40,223 nucleotides of DNA from a virus (taxonomy: Duplodnaviria > Heunggongvirae > Uroviricota > Caudoviricetes), in IMG/VR virus record IMGVR_UViG_3300020201_000012, positions 64,001 to 104,223 of that record. One strand, written 5' to 3'. Position 1 is the stretch's first letter. Each line of letters starts with the position of its first letter. Positions 26,034-34,980 of this stretch are shown here, one piece after another. Under the pieces are notes generated by a model. That model did no database searches and was not told the origin of the DNA. It worked only from the letters and a program-made list of their open reading frames with translations. The position numbers and the translations under genes are program-made.

Positions 26034-26362
26034 CCCACAAACCCCAAGCTGACACACTAGCTACTTGCCCTGATGGACATACAGGAGTACCTAGACCGAC
26101 TAACGGGATGCCTCAACCGTGCAGTAATTCTTATTGCACTTATTACCGCCAAATGCAAACCCCTCAAGCTAATAAGACTATGGATGATAAATGTTTATTG
26201 TGTCACGAAACTAGAGCCTGTATAAGGGCCGACCAACTTATATGCGGTGTTCAAGGCTACGACATCGATGATTTTTCGGAGTATTACAATGGAAAGCACC
26301 ACTTTGTAATGACAAAAAAACTTAAAAAAGATTTAGAGAACTGGAGTGAACAATATGAGTAG
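26030..26362 (+). CDS. hypothetical protein with two MTPKPQ-like modules
   Basis: MTHKPQADT at the start and MQTPQANKT internally (26153). Confidence 0.6.
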   Translation: MTHKPQADTLATCPDGHTGVPRPTNGMPQPCSNSYCTYYRQMQTPQANKTMDDKCLLCHETRACIRADQLICGVQGYDIDDFSEYYNGKHHFVMTKKLKKDLENWSEQYE

Positions 26363-26633
26363 CCCTAAACCCCAAGCTGGTAAGACTGAGTTAGAAATAC
26401 AGATAGCCGATATACTTTGGGTATTTGGTAGGCGTGGGTTTACCGACACCGAAAGTGTTGATGACTCAGTAAGAGAAACAACCCAAGCCGTAAATGCCTA
26501 CTACTTAGGATTAGCACCAAAGCATCAACGAGAAATTACACCGATAACAGAAGACCACAACGAATGGGCTGTGGGCTACAATCAAGGAGTAGCGGACTAC
26601 CAATATAATATGAAGAAAGGTTCTCATGATTGA
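26355..26633 (+). CDS. MTPKPQ-module hypothetical protein
   Basis: Starts MSSPKPQAGKT. Confidence 0.6.
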   Translation: MSSPKPQAGKTELEIQIADILWVFGRRGFTDTESVDDSVRETTQAVNAYYLGLAPKHQREITPITEDHNEWAVGYNQGVADYQYNMKKGSHD

Positions 26634-26856
26634 TCTATTAGAAATTCAAAAGCTCGCTACGCTAATTGAAGAGCATACAGCATATTGCCAAGAGCAGTAT
26701 CAGCCGGGTGGGTCATTGAAACATTTAACAACCGAGAAGGCATTAAGCTTTCAGAATGATATGATACAATCTCTTAGTCACCTTGGCATGTGGCTGAGAA
26801 CAGTAAAAAGCCTCGAGCTAAAGAAAGGTTCTTATGACCCCCAAACCCCAAGCTAA
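26626..26856 (+). CDS. hypothetical protein
   Basis: Coupled via AAGAAAGGTTCTCATGA. Confidence 0.5.
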   Translation: MIDLLEIQKLATLIEEHTAYCQEQYQPGGSLKHLTTEKALSFQNDMIQSLSHLGMWLRTVKSLELKKGSYDPQTPS

Positions 26857-27013
26857 TAAGACTATAGATGAATTAAAGGCAAAGCTAGAGCAACTCAATG
26901 AAGATATGCTCAAGTGGCATGATAGCGATGATGATGCATACGCAATGCACTTCAAAAATGTCGGCGACTATCTCTTGGAACAAATAGCTATTACAGAGGA
27001 GGACGTTTTATGA
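26834..27013 (+). CDS. MTPKPQ-module protein (59 aa, not in track)
   Basis: MTPKPQANKTIDELKAKLEQ...EEDVL*. Confidence 0.6.
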   Translation: MTPKPQANKTIDELKAKLEQLNEDMLKWHDSDDDAYAMHFKNVGDYLLEQIAITEEDVL

Positions 27014-27315
27014 CCACTAATAAGACTGTAGAAGATAATATGAAACCGGAAGTTAAAGCATCACTGACAAACAATATGCCAATGACTACACCTAAAGAGA
27101 TAGTGTTGCATCTCACAATGTTTGCACACTTCTCTGGTAATTGGCAAAAACCAATAGGGCCAAAAGACACCCAAATATATGTTAAAGCTATTGAAGCCCT
27201 CATAACAGAAGCAGAACTAAAGGCTAGGAAAAACGAAGTTGGCATGATAAATATGGGTGATAACGAATATGCAGCCAAACGGCTAGCCCAACTAAAGGAG
27301 GTGAGTGATGAATAA
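27010..27315 (+). CDS. hypothetical protein with a partial module
   Basis: Starts MTTNKTVE. Confidence 0.55.
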   Translation: MTTNKTVEDNMKPEVKASLTNNMPMTTPKEIVLHLTMFAHFSGNWQKPIGPKDTQIYVKAIEALITEAELKARKNEVGMINMGDNEYAAKRLAQLKEVSDE

Positions 27316-27547
27316 ACAATTAGCATTTGGCGATATTGTAGTAGTAGAATCAGACCAGATAGGTGTGATAGTTAAATCCTGGGGAAGAGATAACCACGAT
27401 AACCCGCCAAAATACGAGGTTTATGTTAGGAACTATAGAACTATAAAAGAATACTATGAGCCTGACGTAGACCGTTATCTGGTTAGACATAAAGAGTTAG
27501 ACGAGAACGAGATCGAATGGCAATATAATGGAGTAAAGTTAACATGA
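27305..27547 (+). CDS. SH3/KOW-like hypothetical protein
   Basis: FGDIVVV...GVIVK...YEVYV pattern. Confidence 0.5.
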   Translation: MMNKQLAFGDIVVVESDQIGVIVKSWGRDNHDNPPKYEVYVRNYRTIKEYYEPDVDRYLVRHKELDENEIEWQYNGVKLT

Positions 27548-27921
27548 CACATAGGGCTACTAATAAAATTATAAACGAAGTACTACAAGAGGTCTTTAGG
27601 CACGGCTACGAGTTTCACAACGAGTTTCCAGAAGAAGACATAAGCAAAATAACAGACTCTTGTATAGCAGAACACCAGCAACGAATAATTCAAGCTATGA
27701 CCCAAGTGGTGCCGAAAAAAGACAAGAAGAATAAACGGGTATGTTCAGACAAGGTAACCCCAAAACACGTACATAATATGATGCATACAGATAAAATAGT
27801 TGTCAGATACTATAGTGGTGAGCGAAGACTTGAGAAAATAGTGTTCTCACCTGAAACATTGCACGAATATCTACAACACTTCATACAGGATGGCGCCCAT
27901 AAAAAAGTAAAGAAGAGTTAA
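27544..27921 (+). CDS. hypothetical protein
   Basis: Coupled ORF. Confidence 0.5.
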   Translation: MTHRATNKIINEVLQEVFRHGYEFHNEFPEEDISKITDSCIAEHQQRIIQAMTQVVPKKDKKNKRVCSDKVTPKHVHNMMHTDKIVVRYYSGERRLEKIVFSPETLHEYLQHFIQDGAHKKVKKS

Positions 27922-28060
27922 CGATGAGAAAATCAGATAAATACAATACTCCCTACGACAGAGACATGGCCGACATCGCTCGCCGAAAGAATAACCGACC
28001 GTCTAACACTTCAAGACTTGTATGGATTATTATATGGTTTATATTGATTGTGATATTTGT

Positions 28061-28210
28061 ATGAGCCTGAAGAATATAATAGAAAAAATAGCTACCATAA
28101 TTTTGGCATCACTAGTTTTAACGCTAATGTTGACCGCCGCCTTCTTCACATCACCTTACATGGGCTTTGCAATGCTCGGTGTATTAGCCCTCTTCTCGTT
28201 TAAGAAGTAG
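28061..28210 (+). CDS. small two-TM membrane protein
   Basis: IATIILASLVLTLMLTAAFF and MGFAMLGVLALF hydrophobic segments. Confidence 0.5.
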   Translation: MSLKNIIEKIATIILASLVLTLMLTAAFFTSPYMGFAMLGVLALFSFKK

Positions 28211-28297
28211 AATTGTGCTATAATAAGATTAGATAAACGCTGAGAGCGTAAGCGTAAAACAATGAGTGCAGATTAGCACCGTAAGAAAAAAGCAAAC

Positions 28298-30811
28298 GTG
28301 GAAATAAAAAATAGACTCAAAAACGCAATAGCGGGATTCAAAAAAATAAACAGTCAGGGAACTGACCCAAACCACTTCTTGAAGTACGGCTCTCGTCGTA
28401 TGAATTCATCTTGGTCAACACCGAACATAACTGATGAAGACTTCTATACGGGGTATGGTTTTGCAGTAATAAACAAACGAGCAAACCGCTCGGTATCTTT
28501 AGGTAAGAAATTTCTTTTTACAGAAGCCAAAGAAGAAATAGTTAAGAAAGCAAATGATGACGGTACGCGGGTTGTTCACCCTTACTTAGATTTAATTCGT
28601 AATTCTATTGACTTCTCTGAAAGAGATTTCTGGTACAATATTTCAACCTATCTAGACCTAGAGGGTGTTTATTATTTGATGGCTGTTCGTACTGTGGTTA
28701 CTGGTGGCAAAGTAGGTAATATACAAAAATTTACCATGCTCAACCCTTACTGGGTCAAACCCGTAGTTAACTCTAAGGGTATTCTTGGTGGTTACGCCGA
28801 ATCTAACCCGCATCTCGGTAATAGAGTTATTGCTAAGGAAATGATTATACCTATTACTCTTCTAAACCCATTTGATGAGACTAAGACTTACTCTTTAGCT
28901 GATGCCTCACGAGACTCTCAGTTTACACTTAAGCAAGCTAACGACTTTGCTCGTGAGTCTATTGATGGCAACTTAAATGCACCAGGTATTTTAAGTTCTG
29001 CTATCGAACTTCCTGATGACCAATTTGAAAACTTCGTAAATCGTATAAAGAACCACGGCCGTGGTGAGCCTCTATTTGGCAACGGTTCAGGTACAATCTC
29101 ATGGACTGATATGCAGACCGACTTAGACAAAGCCGCTCTCGATAAAATCAACTCAATAAACCGCGACGTTCTACTTGCGGTAGCCGGTACATCAAAAACC
29201 GGTGTTGGTGTAGAAGAATCAGGCACGGGCCGAGAAGTTTCACGAACTCAAAAAGATGACTTTACTGAAAATGCTGTTATGCCTCAAATAGAGAATATAA
29301 TCGATTCTTTAAACCTTGACTATCGTAGATTTTATGATACTGAATACAAAAAGAATAACTACATTATTGCGCTTAATAACCCACTAGAAACAAACAAAGA
29401 TGCAGAACAAGCTGACGTTGACATTCGCGACTCTCAGTTCGTGCTATTGCAGGCACTCATCGCTAGGGGCTACTCTATAGATGTGGCGTCTAAATATGCT
29501 AAGGGGTTGATTGACATCACCGACTTAGGTGAACCAACAGAAGTAGTTGAACCACCCGTACTACCAGATGACACGACGCCTACTGCTGAGGTGACACCTG
29601 TAACACCAGTAGTAGAACCTAACCAGTATAAAGACAAGAGTTTTGATATTTATGAAGGCTACCCTATACCGGTCAATCAGTACTTAGGCGAACACGCCGA
29701 ACAGTTTAATGCTATATCAGAAAACGGTAGTTTTATCTACTCTACTGAAGAAGTCAAGAAAGTAACTATTGATCACTTAAAAGAAGTAGACAACGCTCTT
29801 ATTGCAATCGTAGATGATAATACTTTTATCAAATTAGGCAACTTTGAACAAGGTGCTGACCGTGCCGCTATTATTGCTAAGTTAAATAAAAGATATACCA
29901 ATCAGCCCGTGGCTGTAAAAAAAAAGATTAATTTAGATCATCATCACGATGTGCCCGAGATTATAAAGAACGCCTCATTTGACAAACAGGCTCAAATAGA
30001 TTCTAGCACTGCTCAGCTGGAATCTTCTTCTAGGGCTGCCCAGAATAAACTATATGAATGGTATGTAAATCAAATAAACGAAGGTGTAGATAGCCCGCAG
30101 CTTACTAATCTCGAGCAGTTCATAAATTCACTTACCCTACCTTTCGCTGTATACTTTACAGTTATGTTTCCTATCTATGCATCTTTTAGGGTTAGACAGA
30201 CAGCAGATGATCTCGGTATAACCGATCAAGTGCCAGTTGTAGCGTTGACCACCGAAGTTAAGGATACTATAGATCAGTTTGCAAGAAGGGACGCTACATC
30301 CCACATTAATACAATTAGAACAGACATCGAAAACGCTATAGCAACAATTCGTAGTAGTAGTCCGACCCCCGAAGAGTTTAGGCAACAGTTTCAGCAATTG
30401 TTTCAAGAAATACAGCAACGTCGCTCTCTAACTATTGCTAGCAACGCCGCTACAAGAATTTTTAATATATCTCAATATGAAGCTGATTTACAGTTTCTAA
30501 CTCGTGCCGGCTTAGTCAAGAAAGCTTATAAGGTGCTATTCTCTTTGACCGGTGCCCCGTGTTCTTTTTGTTCTTCAGTTATTGCAGAGACTAACGCGTC
30601 TCCGATTCCGTTCACTACAGCTTTTGCCAACATGGGTGATGTCATAGAAGCAGATGATAAAAAACTATCAATCAACTTCGAGAACATAATGGCCGGTAGT
30701 GTTCACACAAACTGTAATTGTGCCTATCGTTTAATAGTTAAGGATGATGTCACTGAGTCCTCTAGTCGTAGCGGAGCCATCACCGTTGATAATAGTCAAG
30801 TTGCTATCTAG
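28298..30811 (+). CDS. portal protein fused to a MuF/head-morphogenesis-like C-terminal domain
   Basis: N-terminal ~400 aa with portal features (YLDLEGVYY, LNPYWVKP, PGIL, F.ENAVMP); Pro-rich linker; CSFC...VHTNCNC MuF-type motif. Confidence 0.75.
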   Translation: MEIKNRLKNAIAGFKKINSQGTDPNHFLKYGSRRMNSSWSTPNITDEDFYTGYGFAVINKRANRSVSLGKKFLFTEAKEEIVKKANDDGTRVVHPYLDLIRNSIDFSERDFWYNISTYLDLEGVYYLMAVRTVVTGGKVGNIQKFTMLNPYWVKPVVNSKGILGGYAESNPHLGNRVIAKEMIIPITLLNPFDETKTYSLADASRDSQFTLKQANDFARESIDGNLNAPGILSSAIELPDDQFENFVNRIKNHGRGEPLFGNGSGTISWTDMQTDLDKAALDKINSINRDVLLAVAGTSKTGVGVEESGTGREVSRTQKDDFTENAVMPQIENIIDSLNLDYRRFYDTEYKKNNYIIALNNPLETNKDAEQADVDIRDSQFVLLQALIARGYSIDVASKYAKGLIDITDLGEPTEVVEPPVLPDDTTPTAEVTPVTPVVEPNQYKDKSFDIYEGYPIPVNQYLGEHAEQFNAISENGSFIYSTEEVKKVTIDHLKEVDNALIAIVDDNTFIKLGNFEQGADRAAIIAKLNKRYTNQPVAVKKKINLDHHHDVPEIIKNASFDKQAQIDSSTAQLESSSRAAQNKLYEWYVNQINEGVDSPQLTNLEQFINSLTLPFAVYFTVMFPIYASFRVRQTADDLGITDQVPVVALTTEVKDTIDQFARRDATSHINTIRTDIENAIATIRSSSPTPEEFRQQFQQLFQEIQQRRSLTIASNAATRIFNISQYEADLQFLTRAGLVKKAYKVLFSLTGAPCSFCSSVIAETNASPIPFTTAFANMGDVIEADDKKLSINFENIMAGSVHTNCNCAYRLIVKDDVTESSSRSGAITVDNSQVAI

Positions 30812-31369
30812 GCTTTGAGCTATACTTAAAACACTTTTCGGTTTATATGTCAACTTATCAGACCAAACAATAAGTACGGGTATGCCTTGTCTTGACAAAT
30901 AATTGATTTTATTATTAAATAAGTCTACTGCGTCTTTCTTATTGTGAAAACCACCACCGAAAATCTCTATTACAACATTTTCTTTAACTAAATACAAGTC
31001 TACGTTATATTTTGAGAATGCTTTCTGTGGTGTATTTTTTACACCGAGCTTATTGCATAAATCTACTAAGGGCTGTTCATAAACCGGATCAATAACAGGT
31101 TTGTTCTGCCTACTAAGAGCTAATCTAGATCGGTGAGTTGCCGTGTGTACTGAGCCCAGATTTGCTTCTGAGGCTTTTTGTGTTATAGCCTTGTTTTCTT
31201 CAGGGGTGCGTCTGTCAGCCGACATCTGATTGGTCATGTTGTGCCCCCTCAGCCCGATGCCACTCTTTTTTAGTAGCCCCCTAACGTAAGAATTACTTAC
31301 GCCGAACTTCTTAGCTATTAGATAAGATGCCACACCGCGGCGATAGTAGTAGATTATTTGCTTATCCAT
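30731..31369 (-). CDS. HTH plus DUF559/Vsr-like PD-(D/E)XK endonuclease (homing-type)
   Basis: IAKKFGVSNSYVRGLLKK HTH; YNVDLYL...VVIEIFGGGFH nuclease motif; own TGCTAAGAT -10 element. Confidence 0.7.
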   Translation of the reverse strand: MDKQIIYYYRRGVASYLIAKKFGVSNSYVRGLLKKSGIGLRGHNMTNQMSADRRTPEENKAITQKASEANLGSVHTATHRSRLALSRQNKPVIDPVYEQPLVDLCNKLGVKNTPQKAFSKYNVDLYLVKENVVIEIFGGGFHNKKDAVDLFNNKINYLSRQGIPVLIVWSDKLTYKPKSVLSIAQSLDSNLTIINGDGSATTRGLSDIILNY

Positions 31370-31433
31370 CTATTCTTATCTTAGCAGATAATGTATAATA
31401 AGTATAGAACAAATAAAAACCGAAAGAGTTTAT

Positions 31434-31616
31434 ATGACACCAAAAATCGAGATTATCGGCGACAGCCTATCAGGGCCATACACCATAAAAATTAACGACA
31501 CCATAGTGAACAATGTTGAGGGTTACAGCCTATTCATGCAAGACGGGGTTCACAAGGTAACCATAACTCTTATTACCGACGACTTTCGGCTGAGAAGAGG
31601 AAAAGCAAAGTCGTGA
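31434..31616 (+). CDS. hypothetical protein
   Basis: Downstream of TATAAT at 31394; coupled to the next gene. Confidence 0.5.
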   Translation: MTPKIEIIGDSLSGPYTIKINDTIVNNVEGYSLFMQDGVHKVTITLITDDFRLRRGKAKS

Positions 31617-32272
31617 AAATAATTAATAACAACAATCTACCAACTGCTCGAATGTCAGAATTATCTATTCTGCAAGGCGACCTAAAATTTTTATCAAAAG
31701 ATAATTATGACAAACTAAAAAAGAGTATAGAGAAGCACGGTTTTTATGTGCCAGTTCACGTATGGATAGATAAAGACGACAAGAAATGGTTGTTGGACGG
31801 AACACAGAGAAAGCATGTGTTATCAACAGAGGGCTGGGATAATCCCATACCGTACTTAATTATACAGGCCCCTAATATGGAAGAGGCGGCTGAGAGGCTT
31901 CTGACTATAACTTCTCAGTACGGCACGATTACCCAAGAAGGAATCGACGAGTTCATAGCAACTTTCGAATTACCTGAGATTGAGATCAAACAACTAACTA
32001 ATTTTGATGCTATATTTGAGTTCCCCTTGTTGCCGCCTGAACCTGAACCACAGAACCTAGAGCTCGAATCAGATCTAGATGTAGAGGTAGATAGCCAAGA
32101 CGGTGTACTATATGCTCTCGGACCTCATCGTGTAATGTGTGGTGATCCGCGTGAAGCAGAAATAGCACCAGAGAAGATGGATGCTTACCGAAAGAAGTAT
32201 CAAAGAATAATCACGGGAAGTGAAGATGGCTGGCAATCGGCTACCCCCTCAGTTGACGAAGAATCTGAGTGA
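31613..32272 (+). CDS. ParB/Srx-like N-terminal domain protein with a truncated MTase start
   Basis: KLKKSIEKHGFYVPVHVW...LLDGTQR; LGPHRVMCGD near the C-terminus. Confidence 0.7.
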   Translation: MKIINNNNLPTARMSELSILQGDLKFLSKDNYDKLKKSIEKHGFYVPVHVWIDKDDKKWLLDGTQRKHVLSTEGWDNPIPYLIIQAPNMEEAAERLLTITSQYGTITQEGIDEFIATFELPEIEIKQLTNFDAIFEFPLLPPEPEPQNLELESDLDVEVDSQDGVLYALGPHRVMCGDPREAEIAPEKMDAYRKKYQRIITGSEDGWQSATPSVDEESE

Positions 32273-32462
32273 CCCTTTCAGTGCCGGTCAGCTGACGGGT
32301 ATGTTAGTTATGCTGGCTTTCGTAGAGAAGAACAAGGGCATAGAAGATCATACACTCTACGAGCTGAAGACCCTCACAGCCAACCTGCTACAAGAGTACT
32401 TCGATCGGCCGAGTGAAGATATACACTTAATGATAAACAATCTAGTGAAAGAGGTAAAATGA
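32220..32462 (+). CDS. hypothetical protein (start uncertain)
   Basis: ORF coupled to neighbours. Confidence 0.5.
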   Translation: MKMAGNRLPPQLTKNLSDPFSAGQLTGMLVMLAFVEKNKGIEDHTLYELKTLTANLLQEYFDRPSEDIHLMINNLVKEVK

Positions 32463-32680
32463 AGACAATAGAACAAATATTAGAACTAACAAAGAACCCA
32501 TACTATAAGCTCAGCCCAGAAGAGGAAGTTATACTAAACGATTTTTTATTAGCACAACAGGCTACGGAATTAGCGACATCTCAGGAGACAGATTCAGGCA
32601 AGTCATCGCAGAAAACCCGTGTGACTGTTCGTAACATTGTGAAAAAAACAATACCTAGAGCAGAAGAGTCTGGGCTTTAG
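32459..32680 (+). CDS. hypothetical protein
   Basis: GAGG RBS, ATGA coupling. Confidence 0.55.
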   Translation: MKTIEQILELTKNPYYKLSPEEEVILNDFLLAQQATELATSQETDSGKSSQKTRVTVRNIVKKTIPRAEESGL

Positions 32681-33061
32681 GTTAACCTTAAAGGTACGAG
32701 AACAGTTAAACGTACTACTTAGGGCTAAGTCAGATAGGTATAAAACCTTCTCAGAGCCTTTCTGATGCGTTTTTAGAGAAAAAGTGGTAAGTATTACGCT
32801 TTGCGGTATCTTGTACGTTGTAGAGCCTCTACGTGCGTGATGGCCCAATAAGTTATAATTATATTCTTGCGAGTGTTGTATCTTAGGTTCGAGGCTAACA
32901 GAGTATAGTAAAATGCTATAATAAGAGTAGACATAAACAAAATCCTCCGCGATTATTGCGATGTTCCTTGAGTAACGGGTAAGCGTCTCTCACATAGGGT
33001 GTCTAAGGTTTCTAGTGACGAAACCAATCTCGCATAAAAAACAATCTTACCAAAGGATAAA

Positions 33062-33406
33062 ATGGACTCAATAACCATAAGATATGGCGAAAGCCTTACG
33101 CTACCTATAGACACTGGTGATGCCAGCGCTACTTCTGCTTCAATCTATGTTGGCAAGCCAGGAGTTATTTTTGTTATTAGCAAAACTATTTCACTCGTCA
33201 GCGGAAAAGGGGTATTTATACTCGCATCTGTTGATACCCGAATTCCCCTAGGCACGTACTACTATCAGATTAACGTAACTGACGCACTTGGTTATGTAGA
33301 GAAATACCCAACGGCAGATATGGACTGTGATGGCGGCGAACAAGGTGAAAGCGACTTTCCTAAGTTTATAGTACGTGAGGCTCTCGACGAAATAGAGGTT
33401 TCGTAA
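33062..33406 (+). CDS. BppU-like / Ig-like virion protein
   Basis: ITIRYGESLTL...GTYYYQINVTD beta-sandwich pattern. Confidence 0.5.
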   Translation: MDSITIRYGESLTLPIDTGDASATSASIYVGKPGVIFVISKTISLVSGKGVFILASVDTRIPLGTYYYQINVTDALGYVEKYPTADMDCDGGEQGESDFPKFIVREALDEIEVS

Positions 33407-33735
33407 TGATTAGCATACGTCTTAGCAAACAGAACAAGACGATAAAACTACTCAACCAAAACGGCACTCTTCGTTTAACTAGAGAGTCTAAGACGGTTAA
33501 GGTTGTTAACCGCTCGAATAATATTCGCCTAACCCACGGCGGTAAAACCGGCCCAGTGAGTACAGTTCCTGGCCCAGAAGGACCACAAGGCCCTACTGGT
33601 GTTAGTACATTCGTAAGGGTACACCATTTAGCAAATGCAGCGGTGGCAAGGCCCATAGCGATATTTGTAGAATGGGTAGGCAGCGTCGCACCGCTAAACG
33701 CGACCACACAAGACACATGGATACACACCCCATAA
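33406..33735 (+). CDS. small structural protein with a short collagen-like segment
   Basis: GPVSTVPGPEGPQGPTG. Confidence 0.55.
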   Translation: MISIRLSKQNKTIKLLNQNGTLRLTRESKTVKVVNRSNNIRLTHGGKTGPVSTVPGPEGPQGPTGVSTFVRVHHLANAAVARPIAIFVEWVGSVAPLNATTQDTWIHTP

Positions 33736-33793
33736 CGGGATTATTGTATAATATAAAGAGTACTAATATACTCAAACAAAAAAAGGAAAAACA

Positions 33794-34330
33794 ATGGCAA
33801 CAGTCATCATCAACAGACTAACAGGAGCGGGCCCAGCAGCTACTGATATTACGTCTATCAACACTCGTGCGAACGCAGAAGACGCTCACACAACAGCAGG
33901 TACTACTAACAGCATTTTAGTTCCAGCAGCAGGTACCAACTATTCATACTGGGTTACAACTCGGCTTGAAGTTACTGCAATCACAGCAGGTACAGTAGAC
34001 AACGTTCAGTGGTTCACTGACGGTGCTAATAACTTCGGTACGGGGGTTACTTGTTCTGTAGGTACAGCAACTGGTTACACACAAGCTTCTGGTACTGCGG
34101 GTACTACAGGCCTTCAATTAACAGTAGGCAACTTTGGAACATTTACACTAGGTAACGCTAACGCATTCACCTACACAACAGGTTCACCGCTAACCGTAAC
34201 CGGTACAACAAGCACTACCGGTCAGTTCGGTAGTCGTGTGGTATATCAAATCGAAGTCGGTACAACAGCCCTTTCAGGTGCAACAGCAACTGAAACATTC
34301 ACATGGCGCTTTGACGACACATCAAGCTAA
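33794..34330 (+). CDS. Thr/Gly/Ala-rich virion structural protein
   Basis: Composition and AAGGA RBS. Confidence 0.6.
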   Translation: MATVIINRLTGAGPAATDITSINTRANAEDAHTTAGTTNSILVPAAGTNYSYWVTTRLEVTAITAGTVDNVQWFTDGANNFGTGVTCSVGTATGYTQASGTAGTTGLQLTVGNFGTFTLGNANAFTYTTGSPLTVTGTTSTTGQFGSRVVYQIEVGTTALSGATATETFTWRFDDTSS

Positions 34331-34351
34331 GATTAAAAAAAAGGAAAAAAT

Positions 34352-34600
34352 ATGACACATGCAAAAGTAGGCGACAGAGTAACGATTCTAACTAACACCC
34401 CTGAAGGTCATCCTGTCACGGGCACTGTTAAGGTAGTTCAAGAAGAAGCCGGCAAAGTAGTTGGGGTTGAACTCGACGAATATACAGTATATGGTCACAG
34501 TCTTGACGGTCTAGTAGACGAACGCGAACAAGGCGGCGATCTACCAGTAATCGGTAAGGGTTGGTGGGCTAACCACGACAACGTACAAATACAAGAATAA
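34352..34600 (+). CDS. SH3/KOW-like hypothetical protein
   Basis: KVGDRVTI...GTVKVV...VGVELDE. Confidence 0.55.
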   Translation: MTHAKVGDRVTILTNTPEGHPVTGTVKVVQEEAGKVVGVELDEYTVYGHSLDGLVDEREQGGDLPVIGKGWWANHDNVQIQE

Positions 34601-34654
34601 ATAAAAACATTTTAATTATCTCTAATGCAATAGAGAGAGAGGTGATGCAACACC

Positions 34655-34978
34655 GTGAAAACTATACAACTTACAAGAAACATGAACACTGTCGTTAGCG
34701 ATGGTGACTATGAAGAACTTTCTAAGTACAAATGGCTTGCTGCCTACAAAAATAAAGCTGGCAAGCCATATTTTTATGCTGCCAGAAATATATACCCTAA
34801 CGGTCGTGAAAAACCAATCATGGTATATATGCACAGAGAAATAGCTAAGGGCTCAAACGGCAAGACTACAGCTATAGACCACATTAATGGTTTGACTCTC
34901 GACAATCGTAGAGATAATTTGCGAATAGCCACTCGTGCCCAGAATTTAGCTAATAAAATTAATACTAAAGGAGTATAG
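34655..34978 (+). CDS. HNH homing endonuclease (HNH_3 type, no AP2 domain)
   Basis: SKYKW...YMHREI...IDHINGLTLDNRRDNLRIAT..QN. Confidence 0.85.
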   Translation: MKTIQLTRNMNTVVSDGDYEELSKYKWLAAYKNKAGKPYFYAARNIYPNGREKPIMVYMHREIAKGSNGKTTAIDHINGLTLDNRRDNLRIATRAQNLANKINTKGV

Positions 34979-34980
34979 AA

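Noticed and set aside
28061-28210. Holin assignment for the small TM protein before the portal
   Set aside because: No adjacent endolysin; hydrophobicity alone is insufficient
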